Shown one piece after another: positions 20,957 to 30,309 of a stretch of DNA of 45,714 nucleotides. The translations under genes and the position numbers were made by a program. Origin of the DNA: Actinomycetota bacterium (GTDB lineage Bacteria > Actinomycetota > Acidimicrobiia > IMCC26256 > VFJJ01); the NCBI GenBank assembly GCA_009886115.1, contig VFJJ01000051.1, forward strand, positions 124,001 through 169,714. Reading direction: 5' to 3'. Numbering within the stretch: the first letter of the stretch is position 1; each line of letters opens with the position of its first letter. A model generated the notes under the pieces. It saw only the letters and a list, made by a program, of their open reading frames with translations. It searched no databases and had not been told where the DNA came from.

Positions 20957-23794
20957 GTGGACGAGTTCTTGAATCTGGCCATCTCGGGAGCGATGACCGG
21001 CACCATCTACTCGCTGTTTGCCAGCGGTCTCACGCTCTCGTACTCGGCCACCGGGATCTTCAACTTCGCCTACGGGGCCGTGGCATATGTTGCAGCGCTG
21101 TTGTACTTCGAGCTCAACACCGGTCGAGGCTGGCCGATCCTGCCCGCTGCGCTGATCTGTCTCGTCGTGTTGCCCATCGTCCTCGGGCTCGGGCTGAACC
21201 TGGCGATCTTCCGGCCCCTCGCCAAAGCCACGCCCGAGGCCAAGACCATGGCGACCATCGGCCTCCTGGTCGCGCTGCCTGCACTGGCCAAGTGGATCGT
21301 CGACCTCCTCCGGAACTCCCTCGACGTCCGACTCGCCGACTATCGGCAGGTCTTCAACCCGGTCGGGATCGGTCCCCAGCCGAAGAACAACTGGAACAAG
21401 TTCGACATCGTCTTCGACTCCGACAAGCTGATCGTGCTGATCTGCTCCGTGGTCGTGGCCAGCGCGCTCTGGTTTCTCATGCGCAAGACCACCCTCGGCC
21501 TCCAGATGCGCGCCGTCGTCGATCGGTCGGAGCTCGCTGAGCTGCGCGGCGTCGACGAGGGCCGTACGTCCTACACGGCGTGGATCGTCGGGATGTTCCT
21601 CGCGTGCCTCGCCGGAGTGATCGGCGCACCCCTGCTCCCCAACCTCGATTCCGACCTGTTCACGCTGTTCATCTTCATCGCGGCCGCCGCCACGGTGCTC
21701 GGCGGCTTGCGCTCGATCCCCTTGGCTTTCGCCGGCGGCATGATGTTGGGCATTCTCCAGAACCTGGTGCGGGGAAACATCGGCGGGCTCTTCGATTTCG
21801 CCGAGGACATCAACGGTTTCGGGAACTCGGTGCCGTTCGTAGTCCTCCTCGCCGGTCTCATCGTCCTCGGCCGTGACCGGAGCCGCCGCGGTGGCACGGC
21901 GGCTGACGCTGTGCCACCGGCCAGCTTCACCGCAGACCTCACTCAGGCACGACGCATGGCGCCGTGGGTGCTGTGGATCACGTTCTTCCTGGTCTATCTC
22001 GTGTTCCTGGCTGACAACTTCTACCTCGGCCTCATGGCACGCGGCCTCGCGCTGGGCCTCGTCTTCCTCTCATTCACGATCGTCACGGGCATGGGCGGGA
22101 TGGTCAGCCTGGCCCAGACGGCATTCGTGACGGCCTCGGGCCTCACCGTTGGCCTGCTGACGCAGCAGTACGGCTGGCCCATGCTCCCGGCCCTCGTCGT
22201 AGCCGTCGCGGTGTGCGTCACATTGGGGCTCGTCGTCGCTGTCCCGGCCTTGCGTCTCGGAGGTCTCCCGCTGGCGCTCGCCACCTTGGCGCTGGCCTTC
22301 GCCTGCGACAGCGTCCTGTTCCAGTGGGACTGGTTCCGGAACGCGGCGCGTGGCTGGACGGTCGAACGGCCCGACCTCGGCTTCGTCGACCTCGATTCGA
22401 ACAAGAACCTCGCGCTCGCGCTGTTGATCGTCGTCGGCCTGACCACATTGATGATCAGGAACCTCCAACGATCGGCGTCGGGCCGCCAGGTCGTGGCCGT
22501 GCGGACCTCGGAGCCGGCATCGTCGACATCAGGGATCTCCGTTGTGCGCTCGAAGCTCAAGCTCTTCGCGCTCTCAGCCGCCGTCGCCGCGCTGGGCGGA
22601 TTCTTCCTCGCCGTGTTCAACGAGAGCATCAACAACACGTCGAACCCGACCCCGGTCGGGCTGTTCTGGCTGGCCAGCGTGGTCCTCTTCGGTGTGCGTC
22701 GTCCCGGAGGTGCGGTCATCGCCGGCATCGTCGCCGTGCTCAGCCCCCATCTGTTCTTGAACGGCTTCCACATCGGAAGCTCGGGATGGGACGGGACGGA
22801 GTCGATCCACATCCCCAACATCCTGTTCGGCATCGGGGCCATCCAACTGGCCCGCAATCCCGACGGGATCCTGGCCCTCACTGCCAAGCAGAACCAGGTC
22901 AAGCGCATGAAGCGCCGAGCGAAGAAGGCGGCGGCTGGCGCTGGGACGGTCTCGCCGGAACCCCGGGCAACTTCTCATCTCGACGAGATCGTCGCCCTCG
23001 AGGAGGCCGCTGACGCGGCCACCGCCGCCTTGCATGCTCGAGCAATGGTGGAACGAGGCGTCGTTGCCTCGGGACACTCCATCACCTCGCTCGACTCCCC
23101 CGACGCCGCGCTCGTCCTCCGTGACGTGCACTCGGGGTACGGGCCCGTGCGCGTCCTGCACGGCATCAACTTGGCCCTCGAACGGGGAACGATCACCGCG
23201 ATCGTGGGGGCCAATGGGGCTGGCAAGTCGACGTTGTGTCTCACGGCCGCCGGGCAGGTGCCGGTCACGTCGGGTTCGATCACGCTCAAGGGCGTCGACA
23301 TCACCGCCGACCGGGGATTCCGTCGGGCCCGAGCCGGGCTCGTGTTGGGACCCGAATCCCGGGGAATCTTCCCAGGTCTTTCTGTGCAGGAGAATCTGCA
23401 GCTTTGGTTGTCCACTGCTGCCGAACGCGACCGGGCCTACGACCGCTTCCCCGTCCTGGGTGAGCGCCGCAACCTCCAGGCCGGATCGCTCTCTGGCGGC
23501 GAGCAACAGATGCTCACGCTCGCGCCGCTGTTGGTTCGGCCCCCCGAGGTCCTCATCGTCGACGAGCCGTCGCTCGGCCTGGCCCCGCTGATCATTGCCC
23601 AGATCCTCGAGCTGTTCCGTGAGTTGCGCAGCAACGGGGTCGCCATCCTCCTCGTCGAAGAGAAGGCGCGGGACATCCTGTCAGTCGCCGACACCGTGGC
23701 CTTCCTCGAGCTGGGCCACATTACGTGGATCGGGCCACGGAGCGATGTCGACGAAGACCGGCTGGCCGAGGCCTACCTCGGCGCCGGGGTCTGA
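20957..23794 (+). CDS. HAAT-family ABC transporter, fused permease-permease-ATPase (LivH-LivM-LivF-like)
   Basis: GIFNFAYGA and GMGGMVSLAQ permease motifs, Walker A GANGAGKS, LSGGEQQML and Walker B LIVDEP, all in one frame. Confidence 0.92.
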   Translation: MDEFLNLAISGAMTGTIYSLFASGLTLSYSATGIFNFAYGAVAYVAALLYFELNTGRGWPILPAALICLVVLPIVLGLGLNLAIFRPLAKATPEAKTMATIGLLVALPALAKWIVDLLRNSLDVRLADYRQVFNPVGIGPQPKNNWNKFDIVFDSDKLIVLICSVVVASALWFLMRKTTLGLQMRAVVDRSELAELRGVDEGRTSYTAWIVGMFLACLAGVIGAPLLPNLDSDLFTLFIFIAAAATVLGGLRSIPLAFAGGMMLGILQNLVRGNIGGLFDFAEDINGFGNSVPFVVLLAGLIVLGRDRSRRGGTAADAVPPASFTADLTQARRMAPWVLWITFFLVYLVFLADNFYLGLMARGLALGLVFLSFTIVTGMGGMVSLAQTAFVTASGLTVGLLTQQYGWPMLPALVVAVAVCVTLGLVVAVPALRLGGLPLALATLALAFACDSVLFQWDWFRNAARGWTVERPDLGFVDLDSNKNLALALLIVVGLTTLMIRNLQRSASGRQVVAVRTSEPASSTSGISVVRSKLKLFALSAAVAALGGFFLAVFNESINNTSNPTPVGLFWLASVVLFGVRRPGGAVIAGIVAVLSPHLFLNGFHIGSSGWDGTESIHIPNILFGIGAIQLARNPDGILALTAKQNQVKRMKRRAKKAAAGAGTVSPEPRATSHLDEIVALEEAADAATAALHARAMVERGVVASGHSITSLDSPDAALVLRDVHSGYGPVRVLHGINLALERGTITAIVGANGAGKSTLCLTAAGQVPVTSGSITLKGVDITADRGFRRARAGLVLGPESRGIFPGLSVQENLQLWLSTAAERDRAYDRFPVLGERRNLQAGSLSGGEQQMLTLAPLLVRPPEVLIVDEPSLGLAPLIIAQILELFRELRSNGVAILLVEEKARDILSVADTVAFLELGHITWIGPRSDVDEDRLAEAYLGAGV

Positions 23795-23925
23795 AAGCGA
23801 GGCACCAGGGGCCGAGCACGGTGGGGCATGACCACGCTCACCGACATGAATCTGTAACAATGACACCTCCGCCAGCTCGGCGGCAGGTACGAACACCGGG
23901 AGACCCGGTGAAACAAGGGGGAACA

Positions 23926-25374
23926 GTGAAGCGATTCTGGCTGGTCAAGGTGCTCAGCCTCGTCGCGACGTTGGCACTCGTCGCCGCAGCCTGCGGTGAC
24001 GACGACGACGGCGGCGAAGCCACACCCGAGACGACGGCAGAGGCATCCGGCACAACAGCCGCAGGTGGGACCGACGGTGCCACCACGACGGTGCCACCCG
24101 AGGGGACCGACACCACCGAGGGGACCGATACCACCGAGGGGACCGACACCACCGAGGCGCCCGCGACCGACAGTGATCCGACGGCGACGCCGGTGCCGAT
24201 GCCTGAGTTCGAGGGTGATCCCTCGACCCGAGGGATCACCGACGACTCAATCAAGGTCGGCGGGGTCGCGCAACTCGACTTCTTCCCAGGGATGGAAGAA
24301 GGCGCCCGGGCCCGATTCGAGCGAGCCAATCGTGAGGGCGGCATCCACGGACGCGAGATCGAGTTCATCGGGATCGAGAACGACGGATCCGACACGGCCA
24401 AGAACCTCGACATCATTCGGGGCCAGGTCGAGAACGAGGAAGTCTTCGCGATGATCGCGACGAGCCCGAGCCTCCTGCCTGGTTCGACCGACTACATGGC
24501 CGAGAACCACGTGCCGTTCTTCGGCTGGGGCTTCATGCCCGGGTTCTGCCACCCCAACTACTGGGGCTTCGGCTTCAACGGCTGCCTGTCGCCTGGGCCC
24601 TTCGGTGTCCCGGACGCTCCGGGCAACGAGTCGTTGATCGCTCCCATCTCCGAGCTCGTGGGCAAGCCTGTCGAGGAGCTGAGAATCGTCGTGCTCAACA
24701 GCGACGACGACGCTGGCCGTGGTGGCCAGGCTGGATACCAGGCCCTGTTCGGTGACCAGATCGTGGCCGATGACTACGTTCCCACCGTCACCGCAGGTGG
24801 TGTCACCGACGCGACGCCGTGGGTGAACCTCGTCAACGAAAACGACCCCGACGCGGTCATCCTGTCGGTCGACTTCGGTGCTGCCGTCGTGCTCAAGGCT
24901 GCGATCCTCGCCAGCGGCTACGAGGGTCCTCTCGTCGACTACACCACCTACCAGCCCGGATTGCTCGAGGCTCAGCCCAACGTGGCCCAGGGCCTCGAGG
25001 GCGGCTACACCAACTCGCAGATCCCGCCGATCGAGGACGGCACCCCCGGTCCTCAGCAGATCATCACCGACCTCGAGGCCATCGGCGAGCCGCCGTTCGC
25101 GGCGTCGGGTGCTTCGATCGGCTACTGGTCGGCCGACCTGCTGGTGCAGCAGCTGCTCGCCGTCGGGGAGGATCTCAACACGAAGACCTTCTACGACACC
25201 GTCAACCTGACGGGCTTCACTTACACGCCGCCCGAAGGCGGCCTCGGTCCGATCGCCTACCCGATCGGTCACTTCCAGATGCAGCCTTGCGCAGCCCTTG
25301 TCCAGGTGATCGACGGTAAGTACACGTCGGCCGTCCCGTTCTCGTGCTACAAGCTCGTCGACTTGGCTGCATAG
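23926..25374 (+). CDS. HAAT-family substrate-binding lipoprotein
   Basis: RBS AGGGGG, lipobox LVAAAC, T/E-rich linker, then RGITDDSIKVGG and ANREGGIHGREIE. Confidence 0.9.
   Translation: MKRFWLVKVLSLVATLALVAAACGDDDDGGEATPETTAEASGTTAAGGTDGATTTVPPEGTDTTEGTDTTEGTDTTEAPATDSDPTATPVPMPEFEGDPSTRGITDDSIKVGGVAQLDFFPGMEEGARARFERANREGGIHGREIEFIGIENDGSDTAKNLDIIRGQVENEEVFAMIATSPSLLPGSTDYMAENHVPFFGWGFMPGFCHPNYWGFGFNGCLSPGPFGVPDAPGNESLIAPISELVGKPVEELRIVVLNSDDDAGRGGQAGYQALFGDQIVADDYVPTVTAGGVTDATPWVNLVNENDPDAVILSVDFGAAVVLKAAILASGYEGPLVDYTTYQPGLLEAQPNVAQGLEGGYTNSQIPPIEDGTPGPQQIITDLEAIGEPPFAASGASIGYWSADLLVQQLLAVGEDLNTKTFYDTVNLTGFTYTPPEGGLGPIAYPIGHFQMQPCAALVQVIDGKYTSAVPFSCYKLVDLAA
24100..24156 (+). repeat. 18-bp coding tandem repeat x3 (EGTDTT)
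   Basis: gaggggaccga(c/t)accacc three times in the SBP linker. Confidence 0.85.
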
Positions 25375-25395
25375 CACCACCATCAGCTGATCACC

Positions 25396-25427
25396 GATGC
25401 CCGTCCACCTCCGGGTGGGCGGGCATC
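25396..25427. terminator. Hairpin between the convergent SBP and rbsK genes
   Basis: gatgcccgtccacc-tccg-ggtgggcgggcatc; 14-bp stem with one G-U pair on the plus strand. Confidence 0.65.
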
Positions 25428-26388
25428 ACCGCGCCGGCGCGCCGGTGTGCGTCGGGTTGGCGCGTTGGAGCGCCTCGGTTGCCGCGAGGGTGGGCAGCGA
25501 CGGGGTGGCCCCGGCGACCGTGGTGGCCAGGGCCCCGGCGGCGCTGGCCCGTTCGAGCGCGGCTGGCAGCGCCGAACCGGTGGCCAGGGCCGCGGCCAGT
25601 GCACCGCAGAACGCGTCGCCGGCGGCTGTGGAGTCGAGCGGCGTGACCCGAAACGCCGTCACCAGAAGCCCGGCGGCCGTCGGCCCGTCGACGAGCACCG
25701 CGCCACGTTCGCCCATCGTCACCACGACGGCCCCGACCCCGCGGCGGAGCAGCACGCGGGCCGCGGCGATCGCCCCGTCGACGGTGGACGTGTCGAGGCC
25801 GGTGAGCAGCGCGGCCTCGTGCTCGTTCGGGACGAGGATGTCGCACAGGGCGAGGATGGCGTCGGGCAGGCCGTCCGCCGGTGCCGGAGCCGGGTTGAGG
25901 ATCGTCACGGCCCCCGCCCCCCGTGCGACCGCCAGGGACGCAGCGACGACCACGAGCGGGCATTCGAGCTGGGCCAGCACGACACACGACCCTGCGATCG
26001 TCGACGCATGCCGTGCAATCGCCGCGTCGTCGACACGGCCGTTGGCTTCGGGCACCACCACGATGAGGTTCTCGCCGGCGTCGCTCACCGCGATGAGGGC
26101 CACGCCGGTCGGTGAGCCGACGAGACGTTGCACACCAACGGCGTCGATCGCCTCGGCCTCCAGCAGCGCCAGCAACGACTCGCCCATGGCGTCGCCTCCG
26201 ACGGCGCCGATCATGGCCGTGCGCGCGCCTTGACGGGCCGCGGCGACGGCCTGGTTGAGCCCCTTGCCGCCGGGCACCGTGACGAACGCGGTCCCCAGCA
26301 CGGTTTCGCCGGGGGCGGGCAGCCGGGGGGTCCGGGCCACGAGATCCATGTTGAGGCTGCCCACCACCGTCACGTCGAAGATGCTCAT
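25426..26388 (-). CDS. rbsK: Ribokinase
   Basis: VVGSLNMDL, PGETVLG, GGKGLNQAVAAAR, LNPAPA, PNEHEA and DSTAAGDAFCG. Confidence 0.9.
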   Translation of the reverse strand: MSIFDVTVVGSLNMDLVARTPRLPAPGETVLGTAFVTVPGGKGLNQAVAAARQGARTAMIGAVGGDAMGESLLALLEAEAIDAVGVQRLVGSPTGVALIAVSDAGENLIVVVPEANGRVDDAAIARHASTIAGSCVVLAQLECPLVVVAASLAVARGAGAVTILNPAPAPADGLPDAILALCDILVPNEHEAALLTGLDTSTVDGAIAAARVLLRRGVGAVVVTMGERGAVLVDGPTAAGLLVTAFRVTPLDSTAAGDAFCGALAAALATGSALPAALERASAAGALATTVAGATPSLPTLAATEALQRANPTHTGAPAR

Positions 26389-26489
26389 GGCCCGCCATCC
26401 TCCCATGCCGGTCCCGAACTTCTCGTCCAGAACCGCGCCGAGAGCGGTCGGGGACGCTAAGAACGGCTGTGCATGCGTAGCCTGGGGCC

Positions 26490-28484
26490 ATGAGCGACGT
26501 GCATCCCCTGGCCCTGCTGAGCGCCGACGAGATCAACGATGCGGTGGCGATCCTCAGGGCCGATCACCGCATCGCCGGCGCCGCCGACACAGCCGAGACT
26601 GTTCGATTCCCCGCCGTGCGGGTGGCCGAACCCACCAAGGCGGAGCTGGCCGAGATGGAAGCGGGAACACGGCCGATCGACCGGCGGGTGCGGGTGATGG
26701 TCGTGCCCGGGCCCGGGCCGGGTGTCGTCGACGCGGTGGTGTCGCTCACCACCGGGCAGGTGGTGGAATGGGTCGAGACGGCCGACGCCCATCCGACGCT
26801 GCTGTTCATGGAGGCCATGAGCGCGATCAACGCCACCCGGGCGCACCCCGAGTGGCAGGCGGCCATCCGTCTGCGCGGCATCGAGGACTTCGAGCAGGTC
26901 CAGATCGACCCGTGGCCACCCGGGCGCTTCGGGTTGGCGTACGAGTCGGAGCGGCGCATCGTGCGGTGCATCTCGTTCTGGCGCGAAACCGGTGGCGCCA
27001 ACGGGTATGCCCGTCCGATCGAGGGCTTGCTGACGATCGTCGACGCGGCCCGGGGTGAGGTGCTCGAGTTCATCGACACCGGCATCGTGCCGCTGGCTCC
27101 CGAGCTCGGCAGCTACTTCCCCGCCGACCAGCCGAGCCTGCGCAGCGACCTCAAGCCGATCGAGATCACCCAGCCCGAAGGGCCCAGCTTCACCGTCGAC
27201 GGGAATCTCGTTGGGTGGCAGGGCTGGCAGCTCCGCATCGGCTGGGATCCCTTCGAGGGCCTGGTGCTGCACCAGGTGGGCTATCGCGATCGCAGCGGGG
27301 CGAGCGCGGTCGACGAGCTGCGGCCCATCCTGCATCGAGCCGCCGTCTCGGAGATGGTCGTACCGTACGGCGACACCGACCCCATGCACTTCTGGAAGAA
27401 CGCCTTCGACGCCGGCGAGTGGGGCCTCGGTCGCATGACCACGTCGCTCAAGCTGGGCTGCGACTGCGTGGGGCACATCCACTATTTCGACGTGCACAAC
27501 ACCCTCGACCGGGGCGAGCCCTACGTGGTGGCCAACGCCATCTGCATGCACGAGGAGGACTACGGGATCCTCTGGAAGCACGTCGACATGCACCACGGCA
27601 CCAGCGAGGTGCGGCGCTCCCGCCGCCTCGTCGTGAGCTTCGTGGCCACCGTGGGCAACTACGAGTACGGGTTCTTCTGGTACTTCTACCTCGACGGCAC
27701 GATCCAGCTCGAGGTCAAGCTCACCGGGATCATGTCGACCAAGGCCATGGCGATCGACGCCCCGGCGTCGGCGGCACTCCCCTACACGCGCCAGATCGCC
27801 CCGGGCCTGGCCGCCCCTCTGCACCAGCACCTGTTCAACGTGCGTCTCGACGTCACGGTCGACGGCTTCGACAACACAGTCGAGGAGGTGAACGTGCGAC
27901 CGATCCCGCCGGGGCCCGACAACCCGTGGGCCAACGCCTTCGTGGCCGAGGCCACCGTGCTCGAGACCGAGCTCGCGGCGATCCGAGACATCGACCCGGC
28001 GAAGGCTCGCGCCTGGCGCATCGTCAATCCCACCAAGCTCAACGGGCTCGGCGAGCCTGTGGCCTACAAGCTCATCCCCGGCTCGACACCTACCTTGCAC
28101 GCCGACCCGTCGTCGAACGTGGGTCGACGCGCCGGCTTCGCCCGTCACAACCTCTGGGTCACACCGTGGCGGGCCGACGAGCGCCGCGCGGCTGGCGAAT
28201 ACCCCAACCAGAGCGTCGGCGGCGACGGCCTGCCGCGCTGGACGGCCGCCGATCGGCCCATCGTCGACACCGACATCGTGGTCTGGCACACCTTCGGCGT
28301 GACGCATGTACCCCGGCCCGAGGACTGGCCCGTCATGCCCGTCGAGTACGCGGGCTTCTCGCTCGTACCCTTCGGCTTCTTCGACCGCAACCCGGCCCTC
28401 GACCTCCCGCCCGCGGCGGCCGACGGCGAGCACTGCCACGCCGAGACCGCCGAGCCGGCCGAGACCGGCACACCGTCGCCGTGA
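26490..28484 (+). CDS. Copper/TPQ primary-amine oxidase
   Basis: KNAFDAGE (catalytic Asp), TVGNYEYG (TPQ precursor), HQH copper motif and THVPRPEDWPVMP. No signal peptide. TAGCCT lies 6 nt before the ATG. Confidence 0.95.
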   Translation: MSDVHPLALLSADEINDAVAILRADHRIAGAADTAETVRFPAVRVAEPTKAELAEMEAGTRPIDRRVRVMVVPGPGPGVVDAVVSLTTGQVVEWVETADAHPTLLFMEAMSAINATRAHPEWQAAIRLRGIEDFEQVQIDPWPPGRFGLAYESERRIVRCISFWRETGGANGYARPIEGLLTIVDAARGEVLEFIDTGIVPLAPELGSYFPADQPSLRSDLKPIEITQPEGPSFTVDGNLVGWQGWQLRIGWDPFEGLVLHQVGYRDRSGASAVDELRPILHRAAVSEMVVPYGDTDPMHFWKNAFDAGEWGLGRMTTSLKLGCDCVGHIHYFDVHNTLDRGEPYVVANAICMHEEDYGILWKHVDMHHGTSEVRRSRRLVVSFVATVGNYEYGFFWYFYLDGTIQLEVKLTGIMSTKAMAIDAPASAALPYTRQIAPGLAAPLHQHLFNVRLDVTVDGFDNTVEEVNVRPIPPGPDNPWANAFVAEATVLETELAAIRDIDPAKARAWRIVNPTKLNGLGEPVAYKLIPGSTPTLHADPSSNVGRRAGFARHNLWVTPWRADERRAAGEYPNQSVGGDGLPRWTAADRPIVDTDIVVWHTFGVTHVPRPEDWPVMPVEYAGFSLVPFGFFDRNPALDLPPAAADGEHCHAETAEPAETGTPSP

Positions 28485-29632
28485 GCGTGGCGAGCCTCGT
28501 CTCCGGGAGTCCGCCGATCGAGGTGTTCGACTGCGACGGCCACGTGGCCGAGCCGCGTTCGCTGTTCGACGACTATGCCGATCCCGGGTTCCGGGCCGCG
28601 GCCAACGCGGCGCTGCACGTGCAGAACTTCGAGGGCGGTGGGTCGGGGCTCATGCTCGATGGCCGGTGCATCGTGCGGGGCATCGAGGCCGTCACCTTTG
28701 CCGGACAGAGCCCCGCCATGTTCCTGGGCAAGCACTGGGACGACGGGTATCCCGGCGCGTTCGATCCCGCGCACCGCTTGGGAGACATGGACGCCGAGGG
28801 CATCGACCGGGCCATGGTCTTCCCGTCGCTGCTGGGCGCGATCGGCGGGGTGAGCGACACCGCACTCGCCGCGGCGATGTGCCGGGCGTACAACCGGTGG
28901 ATGCTCGACTACTGCTCGACCGACCCGAACCGGCTGTTCGGTGTGGCGGTCGTCCCGCTGCAGGACCCGGCCGCAGCCGCAACCGAGGCCGAGTGGGCGG
29001 CGGCGCAGGGATATCGCTGTGTGATGGTGCGGCCCTGTCCTTACACCGGTCGCACCATCGAGCATCCCGATTTCGATCGGTTCTACTCGGTGTGCGAGGA
29101 CGCCGGAATGGTGATCGGATTGCACCCGTTCCCGTTTCCCGACGTGGCCTGGAGTCAGACACTTATCGGCGATCTCGCCGGCGCTCCCGGCAGCGCGATC
29201 CAGATGGCCGACATGGTGTGCCTGCCGATCGACAACATGCTGACCATGGCCTGGGCCATGTTCGGTGGCCTCACCGATCGCCACCCGCGCTTGAGCTTCT
29301 CGTTCCTCGAATCCAATGGCACCTGGGTCGCCATGTGGATCGACCGCCTCGAGTCGCGCTTTCACCGGGGCGGCCATCGCGCCATCACCACACCGCCGCG
29401 CGAGATCCTGGCGCGCCAGTGCTACATCTCGGTCGAGGGCGACGAACGGTCGCTTCCCCTCGTGGCTGAGCTCATCGGCGTCGACCGTCTGGTGTGGGCA
29501 TCCGATTTCCCGCACTTCGACGGGCACTTCCCGGGAGCGGTCACCGAGGCCCTCGACGGGCTGTCGACGCTCCCCGATCCGGTGGTGCGTCAGGTGCTCG
29601 GCGCCAACGCCTCTCGCATGTACGGGATCTGA
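28481..29632 (+). CDS. Amidohydrolase_2 family metallo-hydrolase/decarboxylase
   Basis: DCDGHVAEP, DMDAEGID, CRAYNRW and WASDFPHFD. GTGA overlap with the amine oxidase. Confidence 0.9.
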   Translation: MSVASLVSGSPPIEVFDCDGHVAEPRSLFDDYADPGFRAAANAALHVQNFEGGGSGLMLDGRCIVRGIEAVTFAGQSPAMFLGKHWDDGYPGAFDPAHRLGDMDAEGIDRAMVFPSLLGAIGGVSDTALAAAMCRAYNRWMLDYCSTDPNRLFGVAVVPLQDPAAAATEAEWAAAQGYRCVMVRPCPYTGRTIEHPDFDRFYSVCEDAGMVIGLHPFPFPDVAWSQTLIGDLAGAPGSAIQMADMVCLPIDNMLTMAWAMFGGLTDRHPRLSFSFLESNGTWVAMWIDRLESRFHRGGHRAITTPPREILARQCYISVEGDERSLPLVAELIGVDRLVWASDFPHFDGHFPGAVTEALDGLSTLPDPVVRQVLGANASRMYGI

Positions 29633-29639
29633 GGCGCTC

Positions 29640-30257
29640 ATGGTTCCGCTCGGTGTGGTCTCGGTGGTCTACGGCGCGCTCCCGATCGACGAGATCGCCC
29701 GGACCGCTCGGGCCGACGGCTTCGACGAGCTGATCGGCTCGGCCGACACGCCCGACGGTTTGGCCCTGCCGATCAGCTCGCGTTACACGCGCCCGCCCGA
29801 GCCCGGCCCGGGCACCTACTGCAGCCCGCACGTGCACTGGAGCTGGGAACAGACCGTGGCCGCCTTCCGGAGCGCTCCGGGCTGCCTGCTGGAGCCGCAT
29901 CCCTGGTGCTGTGTCGACACCACCGAGGCCGTGCTGGCCATGCTCGACGAGGTGCCGGGGCTCCGGCTCGTGGTCGACGTCGGGCACGTCACGTACTGGG
30001 GCGGCGATCCGCTGGAGCTGCTCCCGTTCGCCGGTGCCGTCCAGCTCCGCCAGGCCCGGCCCGGCGTGGCCCAGTGCCGCGTCGACGAGGGGACGATCGA
30101 TCTCGCGGCGGTGGTGGCTGCTGCGCTCGCGGCCGACGATCGGCCGGCGCTGTGCGTGGAGTACTTCGACCTCGACATCCGTCCCGAGTACCGACTCGAC
30201 GACCCGCGGGGCCACGCCGTCGAGCTGGCCGAGCATCTGCGCCCGCTCCTGCGCTGA
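29640..30257 (+). CDS. Sugar phosphate isomerase/epimerase-like (AP endonuclease 2) TIM barrel, shortened
   Basis: LLEPH, VDVGHV, GTIDL and CVEY metal-site pattern. Confidence 0.72.
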   Translation: MVPLGVVSVVYGALPIDEIARTARADGFDELIGSADTPDGLALPISSRYTRPPEPGPGTYCSPHVHWSWEQTVAAFRSAPGCLLEPHPWCCVDTTEAVLAMLDEVPGLRLVVDVGHVTYWGGDPLELLPFAGAVQLRQARPGVAQCRVDEGTIDLAAVVAAALAADDRPALCVEYFDLDIRPEYRLDDPRGHAVELAEHLRPLLR

Positions 30258-30309
30258 AGCGGCCCGCCCCTCGCTGTGCGCACCGCGCGAGCGCCGCCGG
30301 CGGCGTCGC

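Noticed and set aside
27215..29632. 805-aa amidohydrolase ORF
   Set aside because: The N-terminal half is an alternate frame of the amine oxidase; the true start is GTG 28481.
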